DNA of 64,000 nucleotides, from the NCBI GenBank assembly GCA_017468925.1, contig JAFUHI010000009.1:274162-338161 (forward strand), read 5' to 3'. A program made the translations under genes and the position numbers. Below, piece by piece: positions 40,570-50,238 of the stretch. A model generated the notes under the pieces. The model was not told the DNA's origin and searched no databases. It saw only the letters and a program-made list of their open reading frames with translations. Positions within the stretch are counted from its first letter, which is position 1, and each line of letters begins with the position of its first letter. The DNA is from Bacilli bacterium (GTDB lineage Bacteria > Bacillota_I > Bacilli_A > RFN20 > CAG-826).

Positions 40570-41688
40570 ATGAAAGTATTGGTCACTGGTTCAAAAGGAT
40601 TTATAGGAAAAAATCTATGCCTATGGCTTGAAAATGCCGGGCACGATGTTTTAGGTTTTGACATAAATGAAAGCATTGAAACGTTAAAATCCTATGTTGA
40701 ATCAGCGGATTTCATAGTTCATCTCGCTGGAGTGAATCGCCCGCTTAATGAAGAAGAATTCATAGATGGTAATGTCAATTTCACAAAGCAATTACTTGAT
40801 ATAGTCGAGGATAAAAAATCATCTGCTTCTATAATCTTTTCTTCCAGCGTGAAAGCCGAGGAAGATAGCACTTATGGAAGAAGCAAATTGCAGGCGGAGA
40901 AACTTGTTGAGGAATTCGGCAAGAAGAACGGAAACAATGTCTTCATTTATAGATTGAATAACGTTTTTGGCAAATGGTGCAGGCCAAATTACAACTCTGT
41001 TATTGCGACATTCTGCTACAACGTTGCGCACGAAATAGAGCTCCAAATTAATGAAAACGCATTGCCGATAGAGTTTATTTATATAGATGATATTTGCAGG
41101 CAATTTCTTAAAACAATCAAAGAAAACCCCGTAGAACACGCTTCAATTTTGTATATTGAGCCAAAATACAAGAGGTCATTAAAGGATATTGCTTACAGTT
41201 TGTATTCATTCAAAGAATCAAGAAAGAGTTTCATGGTTCCGAACATAGTCGATGATTTTGATAAGAAACTATATTCAACATATCTCTCTTATCTTGATGA
41301 AGATGACTTTTCCTATCCTTTGACGACGCATAGCGACTATAGAGGATCGTTTACAGAGATATTGAAAACAAATGGTGCAGGCCAATTTTCGGTTAATATC
41401 TCCAAACCAGGAATCGTTAAAGGGAATCATTATCACAACACCAAAAACGAGAAATACCTTGTTGTTGCCGGAACCTGCGAGATTAAGTTTAGAAAAATAG
41501 GTACATCAAAAATATTTACTTATGTTTGCAGTGATAAGGAATTGAAGGTTGTAGACATCCCACCAGGATATACACATTCTATAAAGAACATTGGCAAAAC
41601 AGATTCAGTCACATTCATGTGGGCGAATGAATTATATGATCCAGACAATTCGGATACATTTTATTTACCAGTAGAGGAAACAAAATGA
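40570..41688 (+). CDS. fnlB: UDP-2-acetamido-2,6-dideoxy-hexos-4-ulose reductase (FnlB/Cap5F/WbjC family; N-terminal SDR plus C-terminal cupin)
   Basis: 372 aa protein. Rossmann VTGSKGFIGKNL. The C-terminal His-rich cupin (GNHYHNTKNEKY) with this length and domain order matches Cap5F. Confidence 0.75.
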   Translation: MKVLVTGSKGFIGKNLCLWLENAGHDVLGFDINESIETLKSYVESADFIVHLAGVNRPLNEEEFIDGNVNFTKQLLDIVEDKKSSASIIFSSSVKAEEDSTYGRSKLQAEKLVEEFGKKNGNNVFIYRLNNVFGKWCRPNYNSVIATFCYNVAHEIELQINENALPIEFIYIDDICRQFLKTIKENPVEHASILYIEPKYKRSLKDIAYSLYSFKESRKSFMVPNIVDDFDKKLYSTYLSYLDEDDFSYPLTTHSDYRGSFTEILKTNGAGQFSVNISKPGIVKGNHYHNTKNEKYLVVAGTCEIKFRKIGTSKIFTYVCSDKELKVVDIPPGYTHSIKNIGKTDSVTFMWANELYDPDNSDTFYLPVEETK

Positions 41689-42812
41689 GCAAGAAATATA
41701 AAGTGATGACAATTTTGGGCACTAGACCAGAAATCATACGTCTTTCTGAAGTCATCAAAAAATGTGATAAAGAATTTGATCATATTTTGGTTCATACAGG
41801 CCAAAACTACGCATACGAATTGAATGAAATCTTTTTCAAGCAACTAGGGCTTAAATCACCTGATTATTATTTGAACGCGGTCGGGAGAGACCTGGGTGAA
41901 ACCATGGGCAATGTCATCGCGAAGTCATATGACCTAATAAAAGAAGTTAAACCAGATGCGGTTTTGATTTTAGGCGACACCAATAGCGCGCTCTCCGCCA
42001 TTTCAGCGAAAAGGCTCAAAACCCCGATATTCCATATGGAAGCGGGAAATAGATGTTGGGATTGGAATGTCGCTGAGATGACGAACCGAACCATCGTTGA
42101 TCATATTTCCGACATAAACATGCCTTATAGCCATGTCGCGTATGATAATTTGGTCAATGAAGGACTGCCAAAGAATAGAATCATCAGAACCGGTTCCCCA
42201 ATGAAGGAAGTAATTCTAGCCCATAAGGATGAAATAGAAAAAAGCGATATTTTAAATCGACTTGGATTGAAGAAGGATCATTACATAGTCGTTTCTGCAC
42301 ATAGAGAAGAGAATGTAGATATTGAATCCAAGTTCAATAGACTCTATCCATCACTAAATCGCATCGCTGATGAATATGGGATGCCAGTTGTTTTCAGCGT
42401 CCATCCACGTACCAAAAAGAGATTCGAGGACAGGGGCTTTAAACTATCGAATAATATAATCGATTCAAAGCCGTTTGGCCTTTTTGAATACGAGAAACTC
42501 CAAGAAAACGCATATGTGGTTTTGAGCGATAGCGGAACCCTGACTGAAGAATCATCATTGCTTGATTTCCCTGCAGTTCTCATTCGAACATCGACAGAAA
42601 GACAAGAAGGATGCATTCACGGTTCAATTGTTATCGGAGGTGTAGATTACGACACAATTAGACCTTCAATTGACTTAGCTAGGAAATTGCATAGAAACGG
42701 AAACAATAAGGTTGTTCCGGATTATGATACAACCGATGTTTCGGAGATTGTGGTGAATACGATCAAAGAATACACCGATGTCATAAATAAAGAAACGTGG
42801 CTTAAAGAATAA
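41685..42812 (+). CDS. fnlC: UDP-N-acetylglucosamine 2-epimerase, non-hydrolysing (FnlC/Cap5G/WbjD)
   Basis: 375 aa protein. N-terminus (KVMTILGTRPEIIRLSEVI) and the HVHTGQNY block are typical of the WecB/Cap5G family. Confidence 0.8.
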   Translation: MSKKYKVMTILGTRPEIIRLSEVIKKCDKEFDHILVHTGQNYAYELNEIFFKQLGLKSPDYYLNAVGRDLGETMGNVIAKSYDLIKEVKPDAVLILGDTNSALSAISAKRLKTPIFHMEAGNRCWDWNVAEMTNRTIVDHISDINMPYSHVAYDNLVNEGLPKNRIIRTGSPMKEVILAHKDEIEKSDILNRLGLKKDHYIVVSAHREENVDIESKFNRLYPSLNRIADEYGMPVVFSVHPRTKKRFEDRGFKLSNNIIDSKPFGLFEYEKLQENAYVVLSDSGTLTEESSLLDFPAVLIRTSTERQEGCIHGSIVIGGVDYDTIRPSIDLARKLHRNGNNKVVPDYDTTDVSEIVVNTIKEYTDVINKETWLKE

Positions 42813-42862
42813 AATTCTTTGGTTGTAAGTAAAATTAATAAAGGTAAAATTAACAAGTCTAA

Positions 42863-43921
42863 ATGGAAAATAACAAGCATCTTGTAACAATAGTCATCCC
42901 TATCTATAATTCTGAGCCTTTTATCCATAGGTTTTTCGAGGCATTAGACGCTCAGACGTTTAAGGATTTTAAAGTCATTTTTGTCTATGACCATTCAACG
43001 GATCACACCCACGCAGCCTATAAACGTGAGATGGTATATTTCAGCGATTTAGACATTAAAGTGCTTCATAAACCTGAATGTGAAGGCGTTGGAAAAGCTA
43101 GGGATTATGCAATCGAATCGGGTTTGTTAGATACAAAATACACCTTGTTTTTAGATATAGACGATATACCAAGGCCAACGCTTCTTGAGAAATTGGTAAA
43201 AAAAGCCGAAGAGGAAAACGCCGATGTTACAATATGCGGTTACCAAAGAGTGAATTTGGAGACTGGAAAAAGAATTGCGACCGAGATGGTCAACAATCCT
43301 GAAATAATCGATGACCCCCAGCACAATCTGGTAATGCCGTTTATTAACCCTGCTCCATGGAATAAATTGATTAAAACTGAGCTGATTGGTGATGCAAGAT
43401 TCATTTATAGAGGAGGCTCTGGCGAAGATGCCATGTTCTTCCTTAAAGTAATGCCTAATTGCAAAAAGCTCGTTTTCATAAATGAAGTTTTGTATACATA
43501 TTTGGTCAGGCATGGCTCGAATGCTGACAAGACGAACTTATCATCATTAGAAGAAACCAAAAAGGGATATATTGATACACTGCAGTTCTACAAAGACAAA
43601 GGTGGTGTTTTCAATGAATTCATTCCGTTGCTTGAGTCTTTTGTTGTTCTTCATATGGCAATCGGAACAACAACAAGAGTCTGCATATCTAATCCAAAAG
43701 AAAAAAGAAAGATAATCGCCTTATCTAGGAAATATATGGTTGAGAATTTCCCTCATTGGAAAAAGAACAAGTTCTTATCGTTCTGGAACTGTATAAGACT
43801 TGGATTTAAGGGCTTGATGGTCAGAAGCTGTCTCAATCTTTATAAAATGCATATGTTTGGTGTCTTTGTGTGGGCCTACAAGACATATACTGGCCTCTTC
43901 AAAAAGGATATTAAGTGGTAA
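42863..43921 (+). CDS. Family 2 glycosyltransferase
   Basis: 352 aa protein. GT-A N-terminus (VTIVIPIYNSEPFI) and a DxD-like LDIDD. Confidence 0.7.
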   Translation: MENNKHLVTIVIPIYNSEPFIHRFFEALDAQTFKDFKVIFVYDHSTDHTHAAYKREMVYFSDLDIKVLHKPECEGVGKARDYAIESGLLDTKYTLFLDIDDIPRPTLLEKLVKKAEEENADVTICGYQRVNLETGKRIATEMVNNPEIIDDPQHNLVMPFINPAPWNKLIKTELIGDARFIYRGGSGEDAMFFLKVMPNCKKLVFINEVLYTYLVRHGSNADKTNLSSLEETKKGYIDTLQFYKDKGGVFNEFIPLLESFVVLHMAIGTTTRVCISNPKEKRKIIALSRKYMVENFPHWKKNKFLSFWNCIRLGFKGLMVRSCLNLYKMHMFGVFVWAYKTYTGLFKKDIKW

Positions 43922-45435
43922 TGAATGGCCATAAAACACGTAAATTATTTGTTTATCCTTTCATTGTTTTGTTTTTGAATGCATGTCGTTTTCCAGTCGC
44001 GGAAAAAGATGTAATCTTTAAAGAAACAATTAATCTTAACGTCCTTGATCATATTGATATAAGAGAAGCAAAATTGAAGAAACATTATTCAGATGAAGGT
44101 TTCACGTTGCTATATGAAAAAGAACTCTTTGAGTCAGGCTTTGTCAAATTCAAACAGGCTGGCACAAATGGCAATAAGTATGGAGTAAAGTTTTTATACA
44201 ATGGTTTGAACACCGCCAAATACAGTTATAACAAATATGAAGTTATAATATCAAAGTGCAATGGCAACTATATAGCTTTAGCCGATGCAAATGACGAAGA
44301 AAAAATCGACATATATGATTTCGAAGGGAGAATAGTATTTCAGGGTGTTGAAAAAGACGCATCAATTAGTTTGGATACGGAGATTGTTGAACTTGAATTA
44401 AGGGAAGAAGCCTTGCTTGAAAGATGGACAATCAATGATTCTGATGAATACAAAATCGTTAATAAATATAATATTCGTTCATCAAAAATCCCTGCAAATC
44501 TGCTTTTAAAAACAAAAAACGGAGAATATTATCCTTGCGAAAGCCCACTGGATTCAATAGGTTTGAGTCATAAGACCGGTTCAATTTCTAAAGAAGGTCT
44601 ATTTTCTTGTGGAAATGCCTCGTTTGCGATACCCGCTTATGATGTGGGCGCTTTTGTTTGGAAGTCCTTCGTGTTTCAAGAGAATGAAGATGAAATGGTT
44701 ACTTCTGGTCGATTTGATATTTTAACAGGTGAGAAACATATATTTGATTTCGATAAAAAAATCGAATCCATCAGGCTAATAAAAGATATCTATGGGCAAG
44801 ACAAATATATGCTTGCGGATATTGACGATGAAAGACATTCAAGGCTTGTTCTAGATAATGAGTTTAAGGTTGTTATCGATGTGACGGATTCATCCGCAGC
44901 ATATTGCAACGATCTTGAAAAATTAACGAACTTTATATTCTTTTCAAAAGAAAAAAACGCTATTGTTGATTATCTTGCGGATGAGTCATTTAGTTTAGAA
45001 GGAAAACCGACATCGTATTCATATTCGTTAAAGACATTCGCGGTCCAAAAAGATGACGGAAATGTTTATTTGGTTGATTTGGAAAACAAACGCGGAAAAG
45101 ACCTTGGAACCCTTAGTGACGTGAATATTAAATATCCTAATTACAAGAAAGGAATTGCGAAAAACCAAGAAGGAAAATTTGTTTGCATTGATATAGAAGA
45201 AAAAACGGCAGAACTGTCTTCTTTCCAACCAGAAGAATGGTTCGATACCGACATCGGTATTATTGTTTACCAAAGCGATGATGATCTTGTATTCAACGGG
45301 TACAGCGACAACATTTTAACTTCTTTAGAAGGAGAATTAATTGAGGCCAAGTCGTTTAACACATATGCAACAAAGTATTCAGTATTTTCAGTGAATATGG
45401 GCTCATATACACAGCTGCTAAGTATTTATCTCTGA
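43915..45435 (+). CDS. Hypothetical lipoprotein embedded in the glycan locus
   Basis: 506 aa protein. N-terminal signal with a lipobox-like LNAC (KLFVYPFIVLFLNAC). The remainder is hydrophilic with no recognisable domain. Confidence 0.4.
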   Translation: MVMNGHKTRKLFVYPFIVLFLNACRFPVAEKDVIFKETINLNVLDHIDIREAKLKKHYSDEGFTLLYEKELFESGFVKFKQAGTNGNKYGVKFLYNGLNTAKYSYNKYEVIISKCNGNYIALADANDEEKIDIYDFEGRIVFQGVEKDASISLDTEIVELELREEALLERWTINDSDEYKIVNKYNIRSSKIPANLLLKTKNGEYYPCESPLDSIGLSHKTGSISKEGLFSCGNASFAIPAYDVGAFVWKSFVFQENEDEMVTSGRFDILTGEKHIFDFDKKIESIRLIKDIYGQDKYMLADIDDERHSRLVLDNEFKVVIDVTDSSAAYCNDLEKLTNFIFFSKEKNAIVDYLADESFSLEGKPTSYSYSLKTFAVQKDDGNVYLVDLENKRGKDLGTLSDVNIKYPNYKKGIAKNQEGKFVCIDIEEKTAELSSFQPEEWFDTDIGIIVYQSDDDLVFNGYSDNILTSLEGELIEAKSFNTYATKYSVFSVNMGSYTQLLSIYL

Positions 45436-45475
45436 TTCTAAGCAAATTGTATCTTTTAAAATTAAATATAAAATA

Positions 45476-46609
45476 ATGTCTATGAAATTAATTTGCGTTT
45501 TAACAACCAGACACAATTGTGATGATAACAGAATCTATCACAAAGAAGTCAAAACTCTAGCAGATGCTGGCTACTCAGTTCTCTATATTGCCCCAAACAA
45601 TACCGATAAAGGTTATCAAAATGTAACATACGAATCTATCCCTCTAGTCCCAAGAAAAAAACTGAAGCCAGTTTTTAAACATGTTTATGAGCTCATCACA
45701 AAGAAATATAAGGTTGAATCAGTTCACTTCCATGATCCAGAGATTTTGCCTTTCGCCTGCAAAATAAAGCGCAGAACCAAAATCAAAGTAATATATGACG
45801 TCCATGAAGACTATAAGTCTGAAATGCTCATAAAACTTTACCTTTCCAAAATTGAAAAGAAATTATTCTATACGGTCGTTTCTCATTATCAAAAGAAAGC
45901 CGATAAAAAATTTGATGCAATAGTGAATGCAGATAACTTTGTCGCAGAGGAATTTCACAACAAAAACAAAATCATTTTGTTTAATTATCCGGATGTATCT
46001 AACCTACCAGAAACCTATGTAAAAGATATAAGGGAGAGGAATGATTTTGATATCATTTTCCCTGGCACAATAAACCCCTTTATTTTCAAGATGATGATGG
46101 ATATGACTAGGATTTGCAGGGAAAAAGGCCATCCAATAAGGTGTTGCATCATCACTGAATATAGATACAAAAAAGACCAAGATGATAATTTGGCGTATAT
46201 GGAATCATCCGGCGTAAACAAGGATGATGTTACTTTATTGCCGCGCATACCAACCAAGGAAGTCCCTTTGTATTTGAACAGGACAAAACTTGGGGTTGCG
46301 CCATTGCCAGATAATCCTAAATTTAGAAAAAACATCGCCACAAAGATGTTTGAATACATGTATTATTACCTTCCAGTGCTGACAAGCGACTTGCCGCCTG
46401 CCAAACAGTATTTGGACGTAACAAATTCCGGTTATTTAATTAAATATGATGACGCTGAAGCCTACGCGGATAAGATTATTTATTTGTTGAACAATCCAGA
46501 TGTCGCAAATGAGATGGGCAAGACAGGGCACGACAAAGTGGCCTCAAGCTGGAATTGGTCGACAGAGAAAGAAAAACTCATCGAACTATACAAAACATTA
46601 CTAGGTTAA
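45476..46609 (+). CDS. GT-B fold glycosyltransferase (family 4-like)
   Basis: 377 aa protein. C-terminal half shows the GT4 pattern (E...FEYMYYYLPVLTSD...; EX7E-like region). Confidence 0.6.
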   Translation: MSMKLICVLTTRHNCDDNRIYHKEVKTLADAGYSVLYIAPNNTDKGYQNVTYESIPLVPRKKLKPVFKHVYELITKKYKVESVHFHDPEILPFACKIKRRTKIKVIYDVHEDYKSEMLIKLYLSKIEKKLFYTVVSHYQKKADKKFDAIVNADNFVAEEFHNKNKIILFNYPDVSNLPETYVKDIRERNDFDIIFPGTINPFIFKMMMDMTRICREKGHPIRCCIITEYRYKKDQDDNLAYMESSGVNKDDVTLLPRIPTKEVPLYLNRTKLGVAPLPDNPKFRKNIATKMFEYMYYYLPVLTSDLPPAKQYLDVTNSGYLIKYDDAEAYADKIIYLLNNPDVANEMGKTGHDKVASSWNWSTEKEKLIELYKTLLG

Positions 46610-46652
46610 AACCTGGTTTGTTGATATAAAATTTTGTAATTGTATAATTTTC

Positions 46653-47987
46653 TTGTATAACAAGAGGCTTTTTATGAATAACTACAATAATCTTATCGAA
46701 AAGAAATCTAATCTAGCTGTAATTGGGCTTGGATATGTTGGTATGCCAATCGCAGTTCAATTTGCAAAAAAAATTAACGTAATCGGATTCGACATCAACG
46801 ATTCCAAGATAAATGAATATAAAAAAGGACATGACGTCACCAAAGAAGTCGGCGATGAGGAACTAGCAAAAACAACACTGAAATTTACATCTAAAGAAAG
46901 TGAACTAAAGAACATCAATTTCTTTATTGTCGCCGTGCCAACCCCAATTAATTTGGATAAAACACCAGATTTAACCCCTGTGGTAGGCGCTTCAGAAGTT
47001 GTCGGTAGAAATATAGAAAAAGGGTCGATTGTGGTTTTCGAATCAACAGTTTATCCAGGTGTCACCGAAGATGTTTGCGTCCCAATCATTGAAAAATTAT
47101 CAGGATTAAAAGCCGGTAAGGATTGGTGGATTGGTTATTCTCCAGAAAGAATTAACCCCGCTGATAAAGTTCACCGCCTTTGGAACATCAAAAAAGTCGT
47201 ATCTGGCATGGATAAAGAAAGCTGTGACGAGATCGCAAAAGTATACGAGTTGGTTGTCGAGGTAGGCGTCCATAAAGTATCATCTATCAAAACCGCGGAG
47301 GCCGTTAAAGTTGTAGAAAACTCCCAAAGAGACATTAATATCGCTTTCATGAATGAACTTGCAATGGTGTTTGACCGCATGGGAATAGATACCAAAGAGG
47401 TCGTTGAAGGCATGAATACAAAATGGAATGCATTAGGCTTTATGCCGGGTCTTGTTGGCGGCCATTGCATAGGCGTTGATCCATATTATTTCACATACGA
47501 AGCCGAAAAACTCGGCTATCATTCGCAAATTATTCTTGCTGGACGCAAGGTTAATGATGATATGGGCAATTTCGTGGCAGAAAGAACCGTACGTCAAATG
47601 ATTAAATCAGGTGTAGATGCCTCAAAAGCCAGGGTTTTGATACTAGGCGCTACATTTAAAGAAAACTGCCCAGATATAAGAAACTCAAAAGTATTTGATA
47701 TTTACGATGGACTCAAGGGTTTTGGCATTAAACCAGATGTATTTGACGATAATGCAAACCCCGAAGAAATCGAAAAAGAGTATGGTGTCAAACCAATAAC
47801 TAAAGATAATCTTAATGGTTATGATTGCGTGATTCTTGCTGTTGCACACGAGTCATTTAAGAGCCTTCCGATCGAAAAAATATTCAATCAAAAATTAGTC
47901 AACGAAAAAAGAGTTATTATAGATGTTAAGAGCATCTTGGACAAAGATGAATATCTACGCAAAGGATATTCGTTCTGGCGCCTATAA
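46653..47987 (+). CDS. UDP-sugar (UDP-N-acetyl-hexosamine) 6-dehydrogenase, UDP-glucose/GDP-mannose dehydrogenase family
   Basis: 444 aa protein. N-terminal NAD-binding site (VIGLGYVGMPIAVQF) and a catalytic Cys region (GGHCIGVDPYY). Confidence 0.8.
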   Translation: MYNKRLFMNNYNNLIEKKSNLAVIGLGYVGMPIAVQFAKKINVIGFDINDSKINEYKKGHDVTKEVGDEELAKTTLKFTSKESELKNINFFIVAVPTPINLDKTPDLTPVVGASEVVGRNIEKGSIVVFESTVYPGVTEDVCVPIIEKLSGLKAGKDWWIGYSPERINPADKVHRLWNIKKVVSGMDKESCDEIAKVYELVVEVGVHKVSSIKTAEAVKVVENSQRDINIAFMNELAMVFDRMGIDTKEVVEGMNTKWNALGFMPGLVGGHCIGVDPYYFTYEAEKLGYHSQIILAGRKVNDDMGNFVAERTVRQMIKSGVDASKARVLILGATFKENCPDIRNSKVFDIYDGLKGFGIKPDVFDDNANPEEIEKEYGVKPITKDNLNGYDCVILAVAHESFKSLPIEKIFNQKLVNEKRVIIDVKSILDKDEYLRKGYSFWRL

Positions 47988-48045
47988 TATAACAACAAAC
48001 AGCTGAAGCAATTCCTATCATTAACGCATACACGCAAGCTATAAT

Positions 48046-48084
48046 GCGCATCATACAAGCGAAACTGTAAGATGCGCTTTTTAT
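48046..48084 (+). terminator. Rho-independent terminator after the dehydrogenase gene
   Basis: Hairpin GCGCATC-(17 nt loop)-GATGCGC followed by TTTTTATTT. Confidence 0.55.
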
Positions 48085-48280
48085 TTATTATCGAGCACAG
48101 ATTATGATCATTAACATGTTTATTTCTAAATTGAATTCACAGATTGGTTTCGACAGAAATCATGCTAAACTAAATAAACAAAATTAGTTTTTCAAGTTTA
48201 TATAAATATAAACTATATAATGAAAATAAAAATGGTTGCATAAATAAATATTTTCTAAAAATGGTTTCATATATTATAAT

Positions 48281-49111
48281 ATGCTTATGAATGAAAAATG
48301 TTACGCGTTAATATGTGATGCAGTCGGTTCTATGAAGCTTTCAAGGGATGAATGGGAACTCCTCGACGAAAGACTAAATTTGACTAAAAAAGTTATATCA
48401 GCATATTTTCAAACGGACTTATGTTCTGATGTTATTCTTTCTGGCGGTGATGGTTTGGAAGCCCTGTTTACGAATCTTAATTCCTGCGCAGAAGCCTTTT
48501 ATCTAATTTCATCAATTATGTTTCCATTTAAAATGAGGGGTGGAATTGGTGCTGGACATGTTTCTAAAAAAACAGTCAATGCCAACACTGTTGATTGCCC
48601 CGGTGCATTCTTTAAAGCGAGGTCTGCTTTGAACGCAACTAAGGAGGATGAGAAAACCCTATACTTTTATATAGATTCCTTCTCTGATGATACAAACTAT
48701 GGGGGTTTGATTAATTCCTCGTTTTCACTATTGTCTCTTCTTACCAAGCATCAAAGGGAAGTATTCAATCTGTTTTGTTTTTTGTCTCCAGTCTCAAATT
48801 CGTCTAGACCTTCGTTCCTAAAACCGCTTTTGCTTCAAAAGTTTATTGATGGTGGCATAGAGAACGGTTTAAGCAATATAGATAAACAAGTTTATGTGAA
48901 AACAATTAATGAAATTAAGAAACGCGAATTGGAGATGCTTGAATGCAAATACTCTTTTCCGCCTTTTATGAATGTGATTGTTGCCAATTTGTGCTCTAGC
49001 TCAAGACAAAATATATCTAAGGCGAAAAAATCTGGCATTTTTGATATTATTAAAACAATGCAAGTAGTTTCCTTGGATTTAATAAGCGATTATGACCATA
49101 AAAATAAGTGA
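48281..49111 (+). CDS. Nucleotide-cyclase-like (class III adenylyl-cyclase/GGDEF palm-like, possibly SatD-like) protein
   Basis: 276 aa protein. In order along the sequence: a hydrophobic strand ending in Asp (YALICDAVGS), a hydrophobic-GDG motif (VILSGGDGLEALF) and an RxGIxxGxV motif (KMRGGIGAGHVSKKTV). These match the three palm-domain signature blocks of class III cyclases. The fold assignment is inferred from motifs only. Confidence 0.4.
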   Translation: MLMNEKCYALICDAVGSMKLSRDEWELLDERLNLTKKVISAYFQTDLCSDVILSGGDGLEALFTNLNSCAEAFYLISSIMFPFKMRGGIGAGHVSKKTVNANTVDCPGAFFKARSALNATKEDEKTLYFYIDSFSDDTNYGGLINSSFSLLSLLTKHQREVFNLFCFLSPVSNSSRPSFLKPLLLQKFIDGGIENGLSNIDKQVYVKTINEIKKRELEMLECKYSFPPFMNVIVANLCSSSRQNISKAKKSGIFDIIKTMQVVSLDLISDYDHKNK

Positions 49112-50177
49112 ATTAGTTATAAAAAGTGGGTCGAAAGATCTAGGTCAAGAACCAATTACTTTTAATTTTTATAACGGCATAAACGAGCTTTCATTTAGAA
49201 AACGAGTCGCGTTTGATGTTCTTTCTTTTGGGTTTGAAGAGATAGTCTCTGGTTCTATTGATATCGGCGGAACTATCATCAATAGTGAAACCAATTCAAG
49301 GGCAAATCTATTTTTGATGCTCATCAATATTAAAAAGGTCGGAAAATTCTTTTGTTTGTTCCCTCTAGGGGAAGACCAAGAAACAAGAAAAAACGACATT
49401 ATTAATAAGATCTCTGAGCATAAATTTGAAAGAGTGGACACACACGATCAAAAAGAAGCAAAACTTAAATCTGTTATAAATGATTTGAATTCATTTGGTT
49501 GTTTGTATGTGCTCATCAATAGAAACGAATACGCTAATAAAGACAACATCGATATGCTTTATGATTGCTTTTCTGGTGTCTTGATGCCAGTTTTGTTTTT
49601 AATGCCTCCGGTGACTTCCAAGAAAGAAATACCTCAGCAGCCGAACAAAAAGGGCAAGGAAATAGAAACAAAAGCAAAATATGCAGCAAAAAGTGACAAC
49701 GATGCAAAGTATTATCAAGTTCAGTTTACAAAAGCTAACCTATCAGACATCAGATCAATGTACATCTTTTTCCTCGTGTTCCCATTGATATTCATCGTTT
49801 GTCTTGGGGTTGCGGTGAACTCCATTGAAAGTCAAAATGCAGTGAGGGCGGTAATAACAATTCTCATTTCTGTATTGTGCTTGGGGATGCATTTATATAA
49901 TTCATCCACCATCAAGCACCCTTCTAAAGACTCAATGGGACAACTGATTCTAGAGTTTACTTCATCAGCCTTTAGTCTAGTAGGATGCGGTTTATCTTGC
50001 CTTGTTATTTTCTTATTGGCGAATTCCAATATTTTATTCGCGATGGAATCATTCGATCATGTTTTGATCATATGCATTGTGGTGTTTTCTATTCTTTGTA
50101 TCATTTTGCCTTTCTTTGCAATCCATTTGAGAAAAGTATTTGCCAAAATTGCTAATATGTTCAAAAAGAAAAACTAA
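49092..50177 (+). CDS. Hypothetical protein: 210-aa soluble N-terminal domain plus four C-terminal TM helices
   Basis: 361 aa protein. Overlaps the upstream cyclase-like gene by 20 nt. The N-terminal domain has no confident family. It contains an FGFEEI...SRAN stretch faintly reminiscent of a cNMP-binding phosphate-binding cassette. The C-terminal 150 aa are hydrophobic. Confidence 0.4.
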   Translation: MTIKISELVIKSGSKDLGQEPITFNFYNGINELSFRKRVAFDVLSFGFEEIVSGSIDIGGTIINSETNSRANLFLMLINIKKVGKFFCLFPLGEDQETRKNDIINKISEHKFERVDTHDQKEAKLKSVINDLNSFGCLYVLINRNEYANKDNIDMLYDCFSGVLMPVLFLMPPVTSKKEIPQQPNKKGKEIETKAKYAAKSDNDAKYYQVQFTKANLSDIRSMYIFFLVFPLIFIVCLGVAVNSIESQNAVRAVITILISVLCLGMHLYNSSTIKHPSKDSMGQLILEFTSSAFSLVGCGLSCLVIFLLANSNILFAMESFDHVLIICIVVFSILCIILPFFAIHLRKVFAKIANMFKKKN

Positions 50178-50238
50178 TATATTCACTTATTTGCGCAATG
50201 CATCTATAATTGAAGTCGTTAAAAGGAGATATTAACCT

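Noticed and set aside
47988-48280. Possible small RNA or tRNA in the 290-bp AT-rich gap before the cyclase-like gene
   Set aside because: Apart from the terminator hairpin at 48046-48084, the region is >80 % AT with no cloverleaf-compatible GC stems. It is best explained as promoter/UP-element DNA.
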